64,000 nucleotides of DNA, taken from contig MU058584.1 of NCBI GenBank assembly GCA_013265495.1, positions 3,104,508-3,168,507 of the forward strand. The letters are read 5' to 3'. The notes below the pieces were generated by a model. The model saw only the letters and a list, made by a program, of their open reading frames with translations. It had not been told where the DNA came from and did not search any database. Origin of the DNA: Vicugna vicugna. Taxonomy: Eukaryota. The position numbers and the translations under genes are program-made. Below are positions 12,930-26,325 of the stretch, in pieces. Numbering within the stretch: the stretch's first letter is position 1; every line of letters begins with the position of its first letter.

Positions 12930-14385
12930 TTGGGCCATCAAATTGGAAAGGAAAAATTAAAAATTAATCTTTGTTTGCAGATGACATGATCTTATATGTA
13001 GACAACCCTAAAGAGTCCAACACACACAGAAAAACAACTATTACAACCAATAAACAAATTCAGCAGAGTTGCAGAATACAAAATCAACATGCAAAAATCA
13101 GTTATGTTTCTGTAACAATGAACAATTACAAAAAGGAAATTAAGAAAACTATTCCATTTACAACAGCTTCAAAAACAAAATGCTTAGGAATAAACTTATT
13201 TAAGGAGGTGAAAGATTTTTGTGCAACAAAATGTAAAGGAAAGCTGAATGCTATTGGATTTGGTAATGATCGATTAGATATGACACTGAAGCATGGGCAA
13301 CAACAACAAAAATAGATAAATTGGACCTCATCAGAATTAAAGGTTTGGGCATGAAAGGACACAATATACAGAGTGGAAAGACAACTAATGAAATCAGAGA
13401 AAATATTTGCAAATCGTATATCTGACAGGGGATTAAAATCCTGAATATATAAAGAACTTTTACAACTCAACAACACCAACCTAAAAAAACTCAATTCAAA
13501 AATGGGCAAAGGACTTGAATAGACATTTCTCCAAAGAAGATAAACAAATGGCCAATAAGCACATGAATGGGTGCTCAATATCACCAATCATCAGGGAAAT
13601 GCAAATCAAAACTACATGACACCACTTCACACCCAGTAGAATGGCAATTATCAGAAGGAAAAAAAAATGCCCAAAACCAGAAAATAACATGGTGGCAGAA
13701 GTGTGGAGAAATCTTGGAACCCTTGTGCATTGCTGGGGGGAATATAAAATGTTGCAACCACTGTGGAACATAGTATGGTGGATTTCAAAAAATTAAACAT
13801 AGAATTACCATATGATCCAGCAATTTCACTTCTGGGTATAGATCCAAAAGAATTGGAAGTGGGGACTTGAACAGATATCTGTATGTTCTAACAGCATTAT
13901 TCACATTAGTGAAAAGGTGGTAGCAACACAAGGGTCCATAGATGGAAGAGTGGATAACCAAAATGTGTATATGTATATATGTATAACATGTATATAATAT
14001 ATATAATTTAGCCTTAAAAAGAAGGAAATTCTAACACATACTACAACATGGATGAGCCTTGAAAACATTATGCTAAGTGAAATAATCCAGTCACAAGAGG
14101 ATAAATACTATGTAATTAATTCCACTATATGAGGTACTTAGAGTAGTCAAATCCATAGAAACAGAAAGCATAACGGTGGATGCTAGGGACTGGGTAAAGG
14201 AGAGAATGGAGAGTTATTGCTTAATGGATACAGCGTTTCAGTTTGGGAAGTTCTCGAATTGGATGTGGTGGGTGATTGTTGCACAATATGAATGTACTTA
14301 ATCCCACTGAACTGTACCCTCAGACGTTGTTAAAATGATAGGCTTGATATTGTGCATATGTTACCATAATTTAAAAAAAATTTAA
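12930..14385 (+). mobile_element. LINE1 ORF2 3' part and 3'UTR, internally deleted
   Basis: LFADDMILY reverse-transcriptase motif at about 12970; C-terminal ORF2 sequence; A-rich tail at about 14373. Confidence 0.9.
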
Positions 14386-14409
14386 GTTAGACCATATCTA
14401 GAAGATACA

Positions 14410-15000
14410 GATCAGCAGCATCTCTTAATCATTTTTGGTGGGTGTGTAAATTGGTACAGCCCCCTTCGAAAGTTTGTCATTACCCTGTAAAGATGAACAT
14501 TTGCATACCTATGGACCTACTGTTTTGCTCCTAGATATATACTCAAAATAAATTTGAACAAGTACCAAGACATATACATGATTGTTCATATAAGCATTCT
14601 CCTTAATACCAAAACCTGAACACAACCCAAATGCATCTGCAGGTAGAACAATAGTAAATTAAATTAGGATATATTTATATAGCACTCCAAATGAATTTGC
14701 CACAGCTATAGCCATAATATGGATTAATCCTAGCAATATAATATTGAGTAAAAAGAATCTAAAGCATGCGGTAGACTTTTTATAAAGTTAATAACTTCTA
14801 AGCACCCCTAACATTAGTTAGTAATATAATTATCTGTGATATTAAAAGGAAAAGCAAGAGAATGATTATTTACGTAGAGTTACCTTGAATAGGAAGAGGC
14901 TGGGTGATGCAATGGAGTGTCAAAGAGGTGAGTCTAAGTGTAAATTCATGTTCTAGTTTTCATGTTGGTGGTGACTTCATGGGTATTTGTTGTATCATTT
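14410..15000 (+). mobile_element. Old LINE1 (L1M-type) 3' remnant
   Basis: ggtgggtgtgtaaattggtacagcc ... ctcctagatatatactc. Confidence 0.7.
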
Positions 15001-16037
15001 TAAATGAGATGAACGAATGCTTGAGGATCTTGAATGAATCAATGGTGAATATGTCATGAGTCAAGAATAAATAATGAATCTAATTCTCTGCATCTGAGCT
15101 CAAAACTATTTTTTCTTTTTTGCATTCAACTCCATAACAGTTTGAAATAAGTAAAGAGAAGAAGCAGGGGGAAGTAATCTTTTAAATTACTTGCCATCAA
15201 GTAAAAAATGATACTCTAGAAAAGGTGTCCTATTTCTCTTATGTCTTCAAGTACCCTCTAATATTGACTGCCTCTGTTGCCTGGGCATTTAAGCATCCCA
15301 AGTTTAGAAGATTAGTGATAGTGGAAAGACAACAAAATACCTTGAGCTTGGATGGGAATTTTACAAAATAAGCAATATTTCTTTTCTTTTCTTTTTTTTA
15401 AATTTAGTCTGGCAGCTTTACATAGGATAGATTCATTTGGGGGAGAGATTGCAGTCAGGAAAACCGAGTGTCAGGCTATCATCATGATACAGTTTTCAGG
15501 TGAGAAAGCCCCGAACTAAATAAGTAGTATCAGCAGAAATCGAGAAGAAAGAAAATCCAAGAGAATTTTGAAAGATGAAATAGTAATTCTTAGAATCAAG
15601 TAAAATGAGGTGAATAAGAATACTGCAACAGTTCTAAGGTTTCTATCAGAGGCATTTCTAGGTTTTATGTGATCTAAAGCTTATACAATTCTTGGGCTCT
15701 CTTTCTGAGAAGGAATATGGAATTAAAGATTGAAACTAGGTATAAAAATAAATACTTATTTTTTTATTTAAAAGGGGTCAGTGCAATTCAGGATTGCAAA
15801 AATTTATGTTTCTTTCATTAATTTCATGGTTAAGTCTGTGTCTGAATTTTAATCTGTATATTGACAAACTTGACATGGAATGTCCTGGAAAGTTAGCCTT
15901 TTAAGAGATGAAAATATAAAAATTGAAGTTTTTACAATAAACTTCTATACTATTAAGAGTTAGAAGGGGCCTTTAAGAATGCTTAAATATCTAAACAAAT
16001 CCACATTCCTTTTCTCATGTGTGAGTCTGGGCCATCT

Positions 16038-16657
16038 TTTTTTTTTTTTTGAGTTATAGTCAGTTTACAATGTTATATCTATTTCTAGCATTTAGCACAA
16101 TTTTTCAGTCATACATGAATATACATATATTCATTTTCATATTCTTTTTCCCTGTGAGCTACTACAAGATCTTGAATATATTTCCCTGTGCTATACAGTA
16201 TAAACTTGTTTATCTATTCTATATATACCTGTCAGTTTCTACCAGTCTCAAACCCCCAGTCTGTCCCTTCCCACCCACCTCCCCCCTGGCAAGCATAAGT
16301 TTGTATTCTATGTCTGTGAGTTTGTTTCTGTTTTATATTTAAGTTCATTTGTCTTCTTTTTTTTCCCTTCAGATTCCTCATATGAGTGATATCATACAGT
16401 GTTTTTCTTTCTTTTTTCTAGCTTACTTCACTTAGAGTGACATTCTCCAGGTACATCCATGTTGCTGCAAATAGCATTATGTTGTCATTTTATGGCTGTA
16501 TAGTATTGCACTGTATAAATATACCACAACTTCTTTATCTAGTCATCTGTCGATGAACACTTAGGCTGTTTCCATGTCTTGGCTATTGTAAACAGTGCTG
16601 CTATGAACACTGGGGTGCAGGTGTCTTTTTGAATTAGGGTTCCATCTGGATATATGC
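16038..16657 (-). mobile_element. 5'-truncated young LINE1 3' end
   Basis: Poly-T head; TSD gagtctgggccatct (16023-16037) / gagtatgggccatct (16658-16672). Confidence 0.9.
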
Positions 16658-16689
16658 GAGTATGGGCCATCTTAATAGAAACCTAAAAT

Positions 16690-16810
16690 CTGAGGTGACT
16701 TTTCCCATTGAAAATACACAGTGACATGCTTACTCAGTATTCCTGTGATAGACTACTATTGGCCAATAATCCACTCCTACTTACTATTTCAACTCTTACC
16801 CTTCACCTTA
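16690..16810 (+). pseudogene. Candidate relic exon, TPC-like domain I S4-S5 linker and S5
   Basis: Frameshifted pieces LR*LFPL / KYTVTCLLSIPVI / LLLA / IIHSYLLFQLLPFTL resemble TPC2 '[43 protein letters not shown]'; possible GTAATT donor at 16811. Confidence 0.5.
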
Positions 16811-17114
16811 GTAATTCACTTTGCTGCCAAAAAGGCACTGATTTTATTCATGGAAAAACATAAATACTGTAAACAATACTACTAAATGTTCATAGCTTCG
16901 TTTCTCTGACTCTAGGCTTTTTCAGGAGATCAGTCTCAAACTGACCTATATGTCTAGCACAGGGCTTACTGGTAGCTACTATAAAATATTTGTCAAGGGG
17001 ATGAAATGCATCTACATACAAAATGAAATGTTCTACATACAAAACCACTCCACCAAAGCACAGGGAAGTTTTAACGTAACATTCTTGTAGTACAAATCAC
17101 TTATTCTCTCCTAG

Positions 17115-17279
17115 GCATAGGGAAATTCTTCTCTACAGGACAAATAAGACCTTTATCATTCATTTCAATATGATTCTGACACATTTTCCTGTGGTCTGTT
17201 CTCAGCGTTCTCTCCTGAACTCCATGCAAATAATTCATTCCATAATGTTCTGAACATAGAGGCCAGCTGGCTATTTCAG
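17115..17279 (+). pseudogene. Candidate relic exon, turret and pore-helix I approach (ANNSFHNVLNIEASWLFQ)
   Basis: ttctctcctAG acceptor and CAG/GTAAAA donor; position between putative S5 and pore fits; sequence similarity is weak. Confidence 0.35.
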
Positions 17280-18129
17280 GTAAAATTTCCTAAGTAACTA
17301 TTACCATTGTGATTGTACCTGTATCTGAGGTCTGATCTGCAACTTTGGAAGTTCAGAAACTTCATTATATGGATTCATATGAAGGTGATCAGAGTTCTAT
17401 GAAACTAGATTGAAAGAAAGTGACTTTATCCCTGGCGTTTAGACTAATGCCACATTGTAAGTGCTCAGTAAGTGTTTACATTAATGAGTAAGTAACAGGC
17501 AATAAAATGAAAGTTTGTTGGAAATACAGAAAGTTTAGTACAGATATATCATAAGACTTTGGAAAAACAGGCAGGACTTTGAATTGCAAGTGAAACACAG
17601 CACAAATTTTATACAAAAGACAGTAGGGCCTTTGAAGATTTTAGAGGCAAAAAAAAAAGTTACATGATCAAAGTGGTGCCTTAGGAAAACAAATTTGGCA
17701 ACACAATTCAGAATAGATGGCAGATTAATTAGAAGACCATATTGATGTCTAGACAAACAGAAAAAAGAGCCAGAACTAGGGTGTCAGTGAAAAGAAAGAT
17801 GAATGCTAGAGAAGCCAGGAAAGTCATTCATGGAGACTAATTTACTGCAGCTTGGAGAATAGAGAAAAGAAACAAGGCAAAAATCATCCCGGTGTTTCTA
17901 GTGTGGCTGATGGGAAAATGGATTCATAACAAAAACCATGTTATACAAACTCAGATTGGTCTTGTATGCTCTTTACAATCTTTATATCTATCCCTTTTGC
18001 TAAACCCCTATTCCACTCCCATTTTAGAATCTTTCCCACCTCCCTCACATCTTTTATCACGTTGGAGCTCATCTCATTTCTATTCAATAAATTCACCTTT
18101 TTCTTCTCAGAAGTTAAAGGTAAATTTCC

Positions 18130-19140
18130 CCTCTTCTCTCTGGGTTTCATTTGGGATGGTTTCCAGTTGCTTTATCTTCGAATTCGCTCATCATTCTTCT
18201 GCAATATCTAATATGCTCTTATTTCTACATAGCAAATTTTTCATCTAAGACATTATAGTTTTCACTTCTAGAATTTGATTTGTGGGGTTTTTTTTTTAGT
18301 ATCTTCCATGTCTCTACTTAGCATATCCAGTCTTTTTCTAGCTTCTTGATCATATGGAATACAGATGTAACACTGTTTTATGCTATTTTTAACTGTGCCC
18401 CCATCCCCAGATTCAAGAATCTCAACTAACCCCAAGTAGGATCAGTATAAGAAGGGGAGCACATCGAGGAACATTGTAATCATATTGCTGAAAAACGCTG
18501 CTGATAAAGAGAAAATTGAAAAGCAGTAAGAGGGACAAAAACATACATTATGTACAGAGAAACAAAGATTAAAATGACAGCAGCTTTCTCATTAGAATTG
18601 AGGCAAGTCAGAAGATAGAACACTTCTAAATCTGAAAGGAAAAAAAAATCTGATTCTTTATGCAACAAAAATACTCTTCAAAAATCAAGATAAGATAAAG
18701 ATATTTTCAGACAAATCTGAGACAGATGGTCACGAAAATATTGTATATAGTAAAAGAAATGTTGAAGTTCTCCAGGCTGAAGGAAAATGATACAAGATGG
18801 AAAGTTGGATTTATACAAAGGAATGACGATCCCAGAAATAATAAATATGGTAAATAAAGTAATTCTCATAAACAAATTATAATTTCTTTAAAAGGTATCT
18901 GTTTAAAGCAAAAATAGTAACGGTGTATTATGAGGTTAATAACACATGTAGCAGTAAAATGCATGACAATAGCAGCACAAATAATAATGTGAGAAGTGTA
19001 ACTATACTCTTTATGTATACTTTTATGACGTGGTGTAATAGTACTTGAAGATAGAGTGTAATTTAAAGATGTGATTGTAAACTCTAGATCAACCTCTAAA
19101 AAACTAATTCAAAAATATAGCTAATAGCCAGAAGTGGAAA
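18130..19140. mobile_element. LINE1 ORF1 pieces in opposite orientation (minus 18130-18390, plus 18400-19140)
   Basis: ORF1 coiled-coil region on the minus strand; downstream ORF1 (cccagattcaagaatctcaa...aagcagtaagaggg) on the plus strand. Confidence 0.65.
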
Positions 19141-21030
19141 TTTTGTTAATAAGGGGTATCAAATTGATCTGCAGATTATGAACCATCCTTGCATTCTTGG
19201 AATAAATCCCACTTGATCATGCTCATGGTCCTTTCAATACATTGTTGAATTTGGTTTGCCAATGTTTTGTTGAGGATATTTGCATCTATGTTTATCAGGG
19301 ATTTTTTTATTTTCTTATTTCAATTTTTTTAATATGAGGGATATTGACCTGTAATTTTCTTTTCTTGTGGTGTCTTTGTCTAGTTTTGGTATCAGGGTAA
19401 TGCTGGACTCATTAAATGAATTTGGAAGTGTTCCCTCCTTTTCTGTTTTTCAGAAGGGTTTGAAAAAGATTGGTACCAATTCTCCTTTAAATGTTTGGTA
19501 GGATTCACCAGTAAAGCCGTCTGGTCCTGGACTTCTGCTTGTTAGGAGATATCTGATTATTGATTCAGTCTTCTTACAAGTAATCAGTCTGTTCAGATTT
19601 TTTTATTTCTTCTAGTTTCAAAGTTGGTAGGTTGCATGTTCCTAGGAATTTATTTTTCTTTCTAGGTTATCCAATTTGTTGGTATATAATTGTTCACAGT
19701 GCCTCTGGTATTATATTTGTATTTGTGTGGTGTCAGTTGTAATGTCCCTTCTTTCATTTCTAATTTTATTTACTGGGGTCCTCTTTCTTTTTTCTTGGTA
19801 GATCTGGCTTGAGACTTGTTTATTTTATTTATCTTTAAAAAGAAAACCCAGCTCTTAATTTTATTGATGTTTTCTATTCTCTTTTTGGTCTTCATTTATT
19901 TCCACTGTGATCTTTGTTATTTCCTTCCTTATAATAAGTTTGGGCTTATTTGTTCTTCTTTTTCTAGTTCTGTGAGGTGTAAACTTAGGTGGTTTACTTG
20001 AGATCTTTGTTACTCCTTAATGAACTTTCCTCTTAGAACTGCTCTTGTTATATTTCATAAATTTTGTTATGTTGTGTTTCCATCTTCATGTGTCTCAAGG
20101 TATTGTTCTCTTTTGATTTCCTCCTTGACCCATTGGTTGCTCAGTAGCATGTTAACCTTTACATATTTGTGGATTTTCCAGTTTTCTTCTTGTAATTGAT
20201 TTCTAGTTTCTTACCCTTGTGGTCAGAAAAGATGCCTGATATGCTTTTAATCTTCTTGAATTTATTAAGACTTGTTTTGTGGAATATTATATAATCTATC
20301 TTAGAGATATTCTGTGTGTGCTTCAGAAGAATGTGTATTCTGTTGCCATTAAATGAAATGTTCTGTAAATGCCTGTTAAATCCATCTAGTGTAACATAGT
20401 TTAAGTGCAATGTTTTCCTTACTGAATTTGTCTGGATTGTCTATCCATTGTTGAAAGTGGATTATTGAAGTCCCTTACTATTACTGAGTTGCTATTTCTC
20501 CATTCAGATCTGTTAATATTTGCTTTATATATTTAGGTGCTCCTACTTTGGTACATAAATATTTACAAATGTTATATCCTGGGTTTGGATTGACCCGTTT
20601 ATCATTATATAGTGACTTTTGTTTTTTCTTATTATAGTCTTTGGCTTAATGTGTATTCCATCTGATTTAAGTATAGCTACTCCTGCTTTCTTTTGGATTC
20701 CATTTGAAAGGAATACCTTTTTCCAACCCTTCACTTTTAATCTGTGTGTTTCCTTAAAGCTCCAATGAGTCTCTTATTGGCAGCATATAGCAGCATTTTC
20801 CAATCTATTCAGACACTCTATGTCTTTTGATTAGAGAATTTAGTCTTTTATATTTAAAGTAATTATTGGTAGGTAAGGACTTACTGTTGCCATTTTGTTC
20901 ATTGCTTTCTGGCTGTTTTGTACTTTCTTTGTTCCTTTCTTCTTCTTTTGCTCTTATTGTGATTTGATGATTTTCTGTAGTGGCATACTTACTGTTACCT
21001 CTTTGTTGTCATCCTTTGTGTATCTATCAC
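19140..21030 (-). mobile_element. LINE1 ORF2 endonuclease-region fragment
   Basis: Minus-strand peptides KGWKKVF..QKKAGVAIL, ITFVNIYVP and SKIDYI..FSDHKG. Confidence 0.9.
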
Positions 21031-21077
21031 TTTTGCCTTTGGTTAGCATGATACATAAAACATATTTTACTGTTCAG

Positions 21078-21370
21078 TTCTTTTCTATTCAAATCATTTT
21101 CTTGTGAAATGCCAGCTTATACCCGTACCTTTGTGGGTTTTCTCCTCTTCAATTATTAACTAGTATACTTCCATAATAGTCTTATCTTTGTTGGTGGCTT
21201 TGCTTACAATGTGAGCAATTCTTCACTATTACTTTCCATGATTTCTTGAAAGTCCTGCATCTTTTGCAAGAGATTGGCAATTTCATTTTGCAAACAATTT
21301 GGAATGAATTTGCAAGTAGGCTAATGGGAACAGAAAGATGTTATATGAGGAGCGAGACTGGTTTATTGGT
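21078..21370 (+). pseudogene. Candidate relic exon(s), TPC-like pore I, S6 and linker
   Basis: LFYSNHFLV / MPAYTRTFVGFLLF (ATG at 21109) / IIVLSLLVALL / FHDFLKVLHLLQE; compare TPC 'VLLTTANxPDVMxPAY..FFIV..MNLLxA'; contains a stop and frameshifts. Confidence 0.55.
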
Positions 21371-22209
21371 AAATATATAGCAGGGCAACTTTTGCTTCTT
21401 CGTGCAATCTCTTAAATGTGGGGACTTCTAATAAGACCTTGACTAGTAAAGACCCCCTGTAGGTATTTAATAGGGGTGTGGTGAGTCTTATATGAAATAA
21501 TGCTCATGAAGTGCTTAGTATTTGTTCCTGGCACAAGTAGAGTTGATTACTTAATCCTTTGTGTTGCCACTATATAGCATAATATCACACCGTACGGTAT
21601 TACAACTGCTTAATTGTTTGTGTGAGTGTATTTCCTAACAGTCTGTGACTCCTGGAAGGTAGAACTGGTTTCTAATTCATCTTTATACTCTAAATACCTG
21701 AAAAGTTCCATATACTTAGTAAATATTCAAAACATGTTAAATGAGTAAGTGACATAATGAATAAATGGATATCTCCCTCATCTTTTTCCTGTTACAATAA
21801 CATATCTCAGAATATCTACTTAGCCTTCCTCAAAAGTAATTTCCTCTAGGCCTTGAAATATTTTGTTTTGTGCCTTTAACTTAAAATTTATTTTTTTTAA
21901 CCGAGGCAAATATCTCTGTGCTGATATGGAATGTTCTCCAAGATACAGTGATAAAAATAAAATGCAAAACAGTCTGTAGCATATGCTAGTTTTTTTTTTA
22001 ATTGGAGGGAGAATACACACATATATTTGTGTGTGTGTGTTCATTTGCTATGTGCACAGACTATCTTAAGGATACATGAAAAACCATTAGGAGTGAATGC
22101 GTTTGGGTAGTAACATTGTGAATACACATGGTAAAGATTTACTTTATAACTGTATACTCTTTAGTGTTGCTTTATTTTTTTTTAACCTTGTGGATATATT
22201 ACTTAATAG

Positions 22210-22618
22210 ATATAATTTTACAAACATGTTTTTACAATTCCTAAAACCTAAAATAAATGATAAGCAGGAAATTGGAATGATGTTGGAATATTACAAAATT
22301 CAGGTTAGAAAAGTATTTAAATATAGGTTTGTTACATGTATATATAGAAGTGTGTAAAAGTACAAGTTTAAAAATTTTTTTCCAGGTCTTCATCTCCCTG
22401 GAGGCTTACATATTGCACATTTCAAGTTGTTCTAATGACCACAGATACATAAAAATTGGTTAGGATTTAACAGATATGCTTTTTATTTTTTAAAAAAATG
22501 ATTTCCACTCTTTTCCATATAATTTGGTTCTTCTGATGGAATCTTGCACCTCTGGCCACACTAAGCTTTATTTCTGTGGCTTTTTATTCCATTGTGGGAT
22601 TTACTGTACTCTTGGTCT
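22210..22618 (+). pseudogene. Candidate relic exons, TPC-like domain II S3-S4-S5 (putative 82-nt intron 22304-22385)
   Basis: CWNI, then VFISLEAYIL, KLVRI*, and NLAPLATLSFISVAFYSIVGFTVL (22540-22611), which aligns without gaps to TPC2 '[24 protein letters not shown]'; tttttccAG acceptor; GTATGA donor at 22619. Confidence 0.55.
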
Positions 22619-24462
22619 GTATGATTTCTTCCTTCCTAAAGAATAGCAGACTTTGTCAGTGCCCTGCCAACCCTCAGGTCTGACTGTTGTATTTACTCCA
22701 CCAGCTTCTAGCTGCCTGAGATCATCCAGCATCAGGAGCTTCTGCTCCTCTCGTGAGGTCACTGGAACCTAAATTAGTTTGACCTTCAAAAGCAACTTAG
22801 CCAGATATATCAAAGGCCTTAAAAATGTGCATACCCTTTGATCCAATAAGAGGAAATAATCAGATAATTGGGTCAAGAAGTATATTTAAGGATGTTTTCA
22901 TATCCCTACCTAATTGAAAAAGCAGAATATCTAAATGTTATAAAAGAGGACTGTTAAATAAATTATAACAAATGTATGCAATGGAATACTGTTAAGTACT
23001 TAAAATGATATAAATGTGTATTGGTTGCATTGAAAGTTCACAACATATCATGTGACTATATTGGTTCATTGGTAATTGTGTTGGGACAATCTTTGCTCCT
23101 TAGTGCAATCTCTTAGCTGTGGGTACTTGGCTAAGGAGATCTTGGCTAAAAAGGACCTTTGTTTAAAAAAAGTTACATATATATATAAAGCACAGAAAAA
23201 CATCCAGAATATTGACAATAACTTGCAATTTATTGTCAATATTCTAGACCTTGAATAGGGTGGCAAATCTTTATTAGCTTATTAAATAAATAATGAGGGT
23301 CAATGATGAGAATATGTTACAAAATAAGGGTTATGGTTATTTCAAATTTGTGCAGTTGAATTCCACTAAAAAAACAGTAAAGAAAGGAAAGAAGAAAAAA
23401 ACATCTAGGAGGTTACATACGGAACTGTTCATGAGAGTTATTTCTAACTGGGACTTCAAGGGTGATTGTTTTCTTTCTACTCAAAGAGTTTCTAATTTGT
23501 CTATAGTTCTACGTTACTTACAGCATGGAAAAATAATAAAAGTCAAAGAAGTCAAAATCATTAAATTTAAGATTAAAACATATTCAACAGTAACAACAGT
23601 GAAACTTTACCCTCTTAAATACACAAAAAACATTGTCTGTATTGGCCAATTATGTTCATTTGTAGCGAATGCGTTACACAGATTCCTGGGGTATTCCATG
23701 TAGAACACAGGAGAAACATTTCTGTAAACAATGGGTAAATCCCATTGGATTTGATTCATTTCACCTATGTCAGGCCACTTTTGCACAATACTTGGAGAAA
23801 ATGTCAGGTCGTTTACTTATAAAAGGAAGGACGCAGCGCCCTACCTACTAGGAAAGATGAAGCCATTTGGAGAATATTCCCCTGAGTTGTGAGGTGTTAC
23901 TGACATGAAGATGCCTGAATATAGCTACTCTTTTAGGGAAAGGAGAATTTCTAAATGCTATTACTTAAGTTACCTTGCCTTAAATAAAGGAGGACTACTT
24001 TATTTAAGGAGATGTAACTTATTTAAATTTTCAGAGTTTCAAATAGTGAAGTCAGCGGTTATTTTAAAAAGTTGAGGTTGCTCTGGGACTTGGTTAGATG
24101 TCTCTGCTTTATCTTCTTTGGTACTTTCCCTAGGACCCCATCTTATTGTCATGGCTTGTTCCAGTACCTGTCTTTGTAGACTGTAAGCTCAATAAGAATA
24201 GGAACAACATTTTACTGGCCCATAATAGGAACTTAATATCTAGTGAAAGAATGTATAAATGAATGAATGGATAGAGTTGTGATTTAGAGCTAGGTACTAA
24301 ATGGTTGAAGTTTTCAAAAGCACAGTGATGAGGGTTCCTTACACATTGATGGAGAAGTGTGGGTTACATTAAGATTTAAGATTTTAAGGTGAAATATTTA
24401 CATTTGTAGTTGACACAAACCAAGGGCAGTAAATGAAATGCCAAGATAGAAATATACTACTA

Positions 24463-24553
24463 TTCATGTATAATTGAAAAATTGTGCTCTACACTGGAAT
24501 TTGACACAACATTGTAAACTGACTATAACTCAATAAAAAAATGTTAAAAAAAA
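24463..24553 (+). mobile_element. Very short LINE1 3' tail insertion
   Basis: acaacattgtaaactgactataactcaataaaaaa; perfect 15-bp TSD agaaatatactacta (24448-24462 / 24554-24568). Confidence 0.85.
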
Positions 24554-24960
24554 AGAAATATACTACTAAAAGGTCCTATGAGGTGTAAGAATGTAGAGAA
24601 AAGTGGTAGATAAGCTACAATGTCATAATTATATCAATTCAGAGCTAGGAGGGAGCATAGAACATCTGAAAGTCAATCCCTTCATTTAATAGATGAATAA
24701 ATTAAAGCCAATACAATTTAAATAACTTACAAGGTCACATAGCTCATTATTGATAATATCACACCGTGAGCCAGGTCTCCTGACTTGCTGGTCTAGTTCT
24801 CTCTTCAGCAAACTTAAAGATTGACTATCCCTTAAACCAAGGAAAACGGAAGTCAGAGACAATCATCTTTTATCTGAAAATCCTGGTCCAGACTACTTCT
24901 TCAACCACAAAGAGCAACAAAAATAAGGGGTCATCAGGGACCGCATGGTAAAGGAAAAAG

Positions 24961-25037
24961 AAAAGTTTACATCTGTAACATTGTATGTAGTTCTGGGCCC
25001 AAAAAAGTTTACATCCGGAACATTGTATGTAGTTCTG
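24961..25037 (+). repeat. Two-copy tandem duplication, period 42 bp
   Basis: aaaagtttacatctgtaacattgtatgtagttctg / aaaagtttacatccggaacattgtatgtagttctg. Confidence 0.9.
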
Positions 25038-25425
25038 TGCTCACATAGGGAAAAGAGCTTGAAAAGAGCCATAGGAGGAAATCTAACTGATCTGAGAGTT
25101 GAAAGAATAGGATACAAACATTCAGATGTTTCAGCCTGAGCTGCGAAAAGAAAATAATTATTGGGACTGGACCTGGAACTTTTGCAGTTGTCAGCGAAGA
25201 GGAAAATGAGACCCTTCCACAAAATGTGCCATTGTCAGATATTCTGTCATGAATTACATGACCCACAAGACTGATCCAGTATGATAATTCCGAAGGCCCT
25301 ATTTACAAACCCCCCTTGTCATTTCAACTCCCACTTGATCCCTAGAAATGCCACCACCAGAGAGGGGAAAATGAACGCCTAGCTGTTGTTCTCTCGGGTG
25401 ACAGTGGTGCTTCACTGGTCAACAG

Positions 25426-25673
25426 GCTGACACTTATTTGGAGCCCCTCCTCTGTTGACCCTCACTTCATTCCAAACCCTGAATTGTTGGGGATGAGAGA
25501 CACTTCCTCGCCTTCAATCATAACTGTCAACTACTGATGTCTTTTATTCATTTGCTCTTTTTGGCATCAACAATAGTTTCATGCCCGTGAATATTTTCTG
25601 GTGTAAGTATGTCTTAATTTATAATTGCCATCATGGAAGCGGTTTTTAATGAAACTGTCAGAGCATTCAAAAG
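25426..25673 (+). pseudogene. Candidate relic exon, TPC-like pore II and S6
   Basis: FNHNCQLLMSFIHLLF / GINNSF / LN(fs)FIIAIMEAVFNETVRAFK ending in a strong AAG/GTAAGT donor; resembles TPC 'VVNNW...LNxFIAxILEAF'. Confidence 0.55.
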
Positions 25674-26325
25674 GTAAGTGTTTTGTGCATCCAAAAATAA
25701 ATAAATTATCTCTTTGTTTTCCATCTTTGGTGTGTTCCATTTCTTGCTTGAAGTTAATCAGATGTCAGTCTTCAGCTTTCTTTTCCTGAGGGTTTTTTTT
25801 TCCCCTTCTTTCATCTTCCCTTTTGTGTTTAACTTTTAATGTTCTCTTTCCCCACATATATTTTAAAACTCTGATATTTATTTTCATAATTGTTTGAAAG
25901 CATAAACGTCTTAATGATATTAATATGTGCGTTTCTCATTAGATAGCAAAAACCAACCAATTCTGCCAGCGAGGAATTATTCTTTGCAAAAAATATGAAC
26001 ACTAAAAACTGAATAATAAACTAACCAGGTAATAATGATTATCTTTAAGGGAGGGGATTGATAAGAACTTTTGCATTCTATATAAAACTTTTCTACATCA
26101 TTTGATTTTTATACACTAAACATCTGTAACTTAAGCCAGAAAATAATTATAATACATTATTAATAACTGAATATTAAACATGAGATATCTATCTAATAGA
26201 AAGCTGAATTCAATAAATATCTTTCTCAATGTAAATAGGTCTCTTAGGACTTCTTTCAAGCTAAAAAATCCTGTTTATTTCCCTGCAGGAGACAATTTAC
26301 TGTATGGACGATTGCTTACTATAGA

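Noticed and set aside
15150..15370. Open stretch YFSYVFKYPLILTASVAWAFKHPKFRRL as a channel exon
   Set aside because: Cannot be placed in the TPC alignment by eye; no clear donor site
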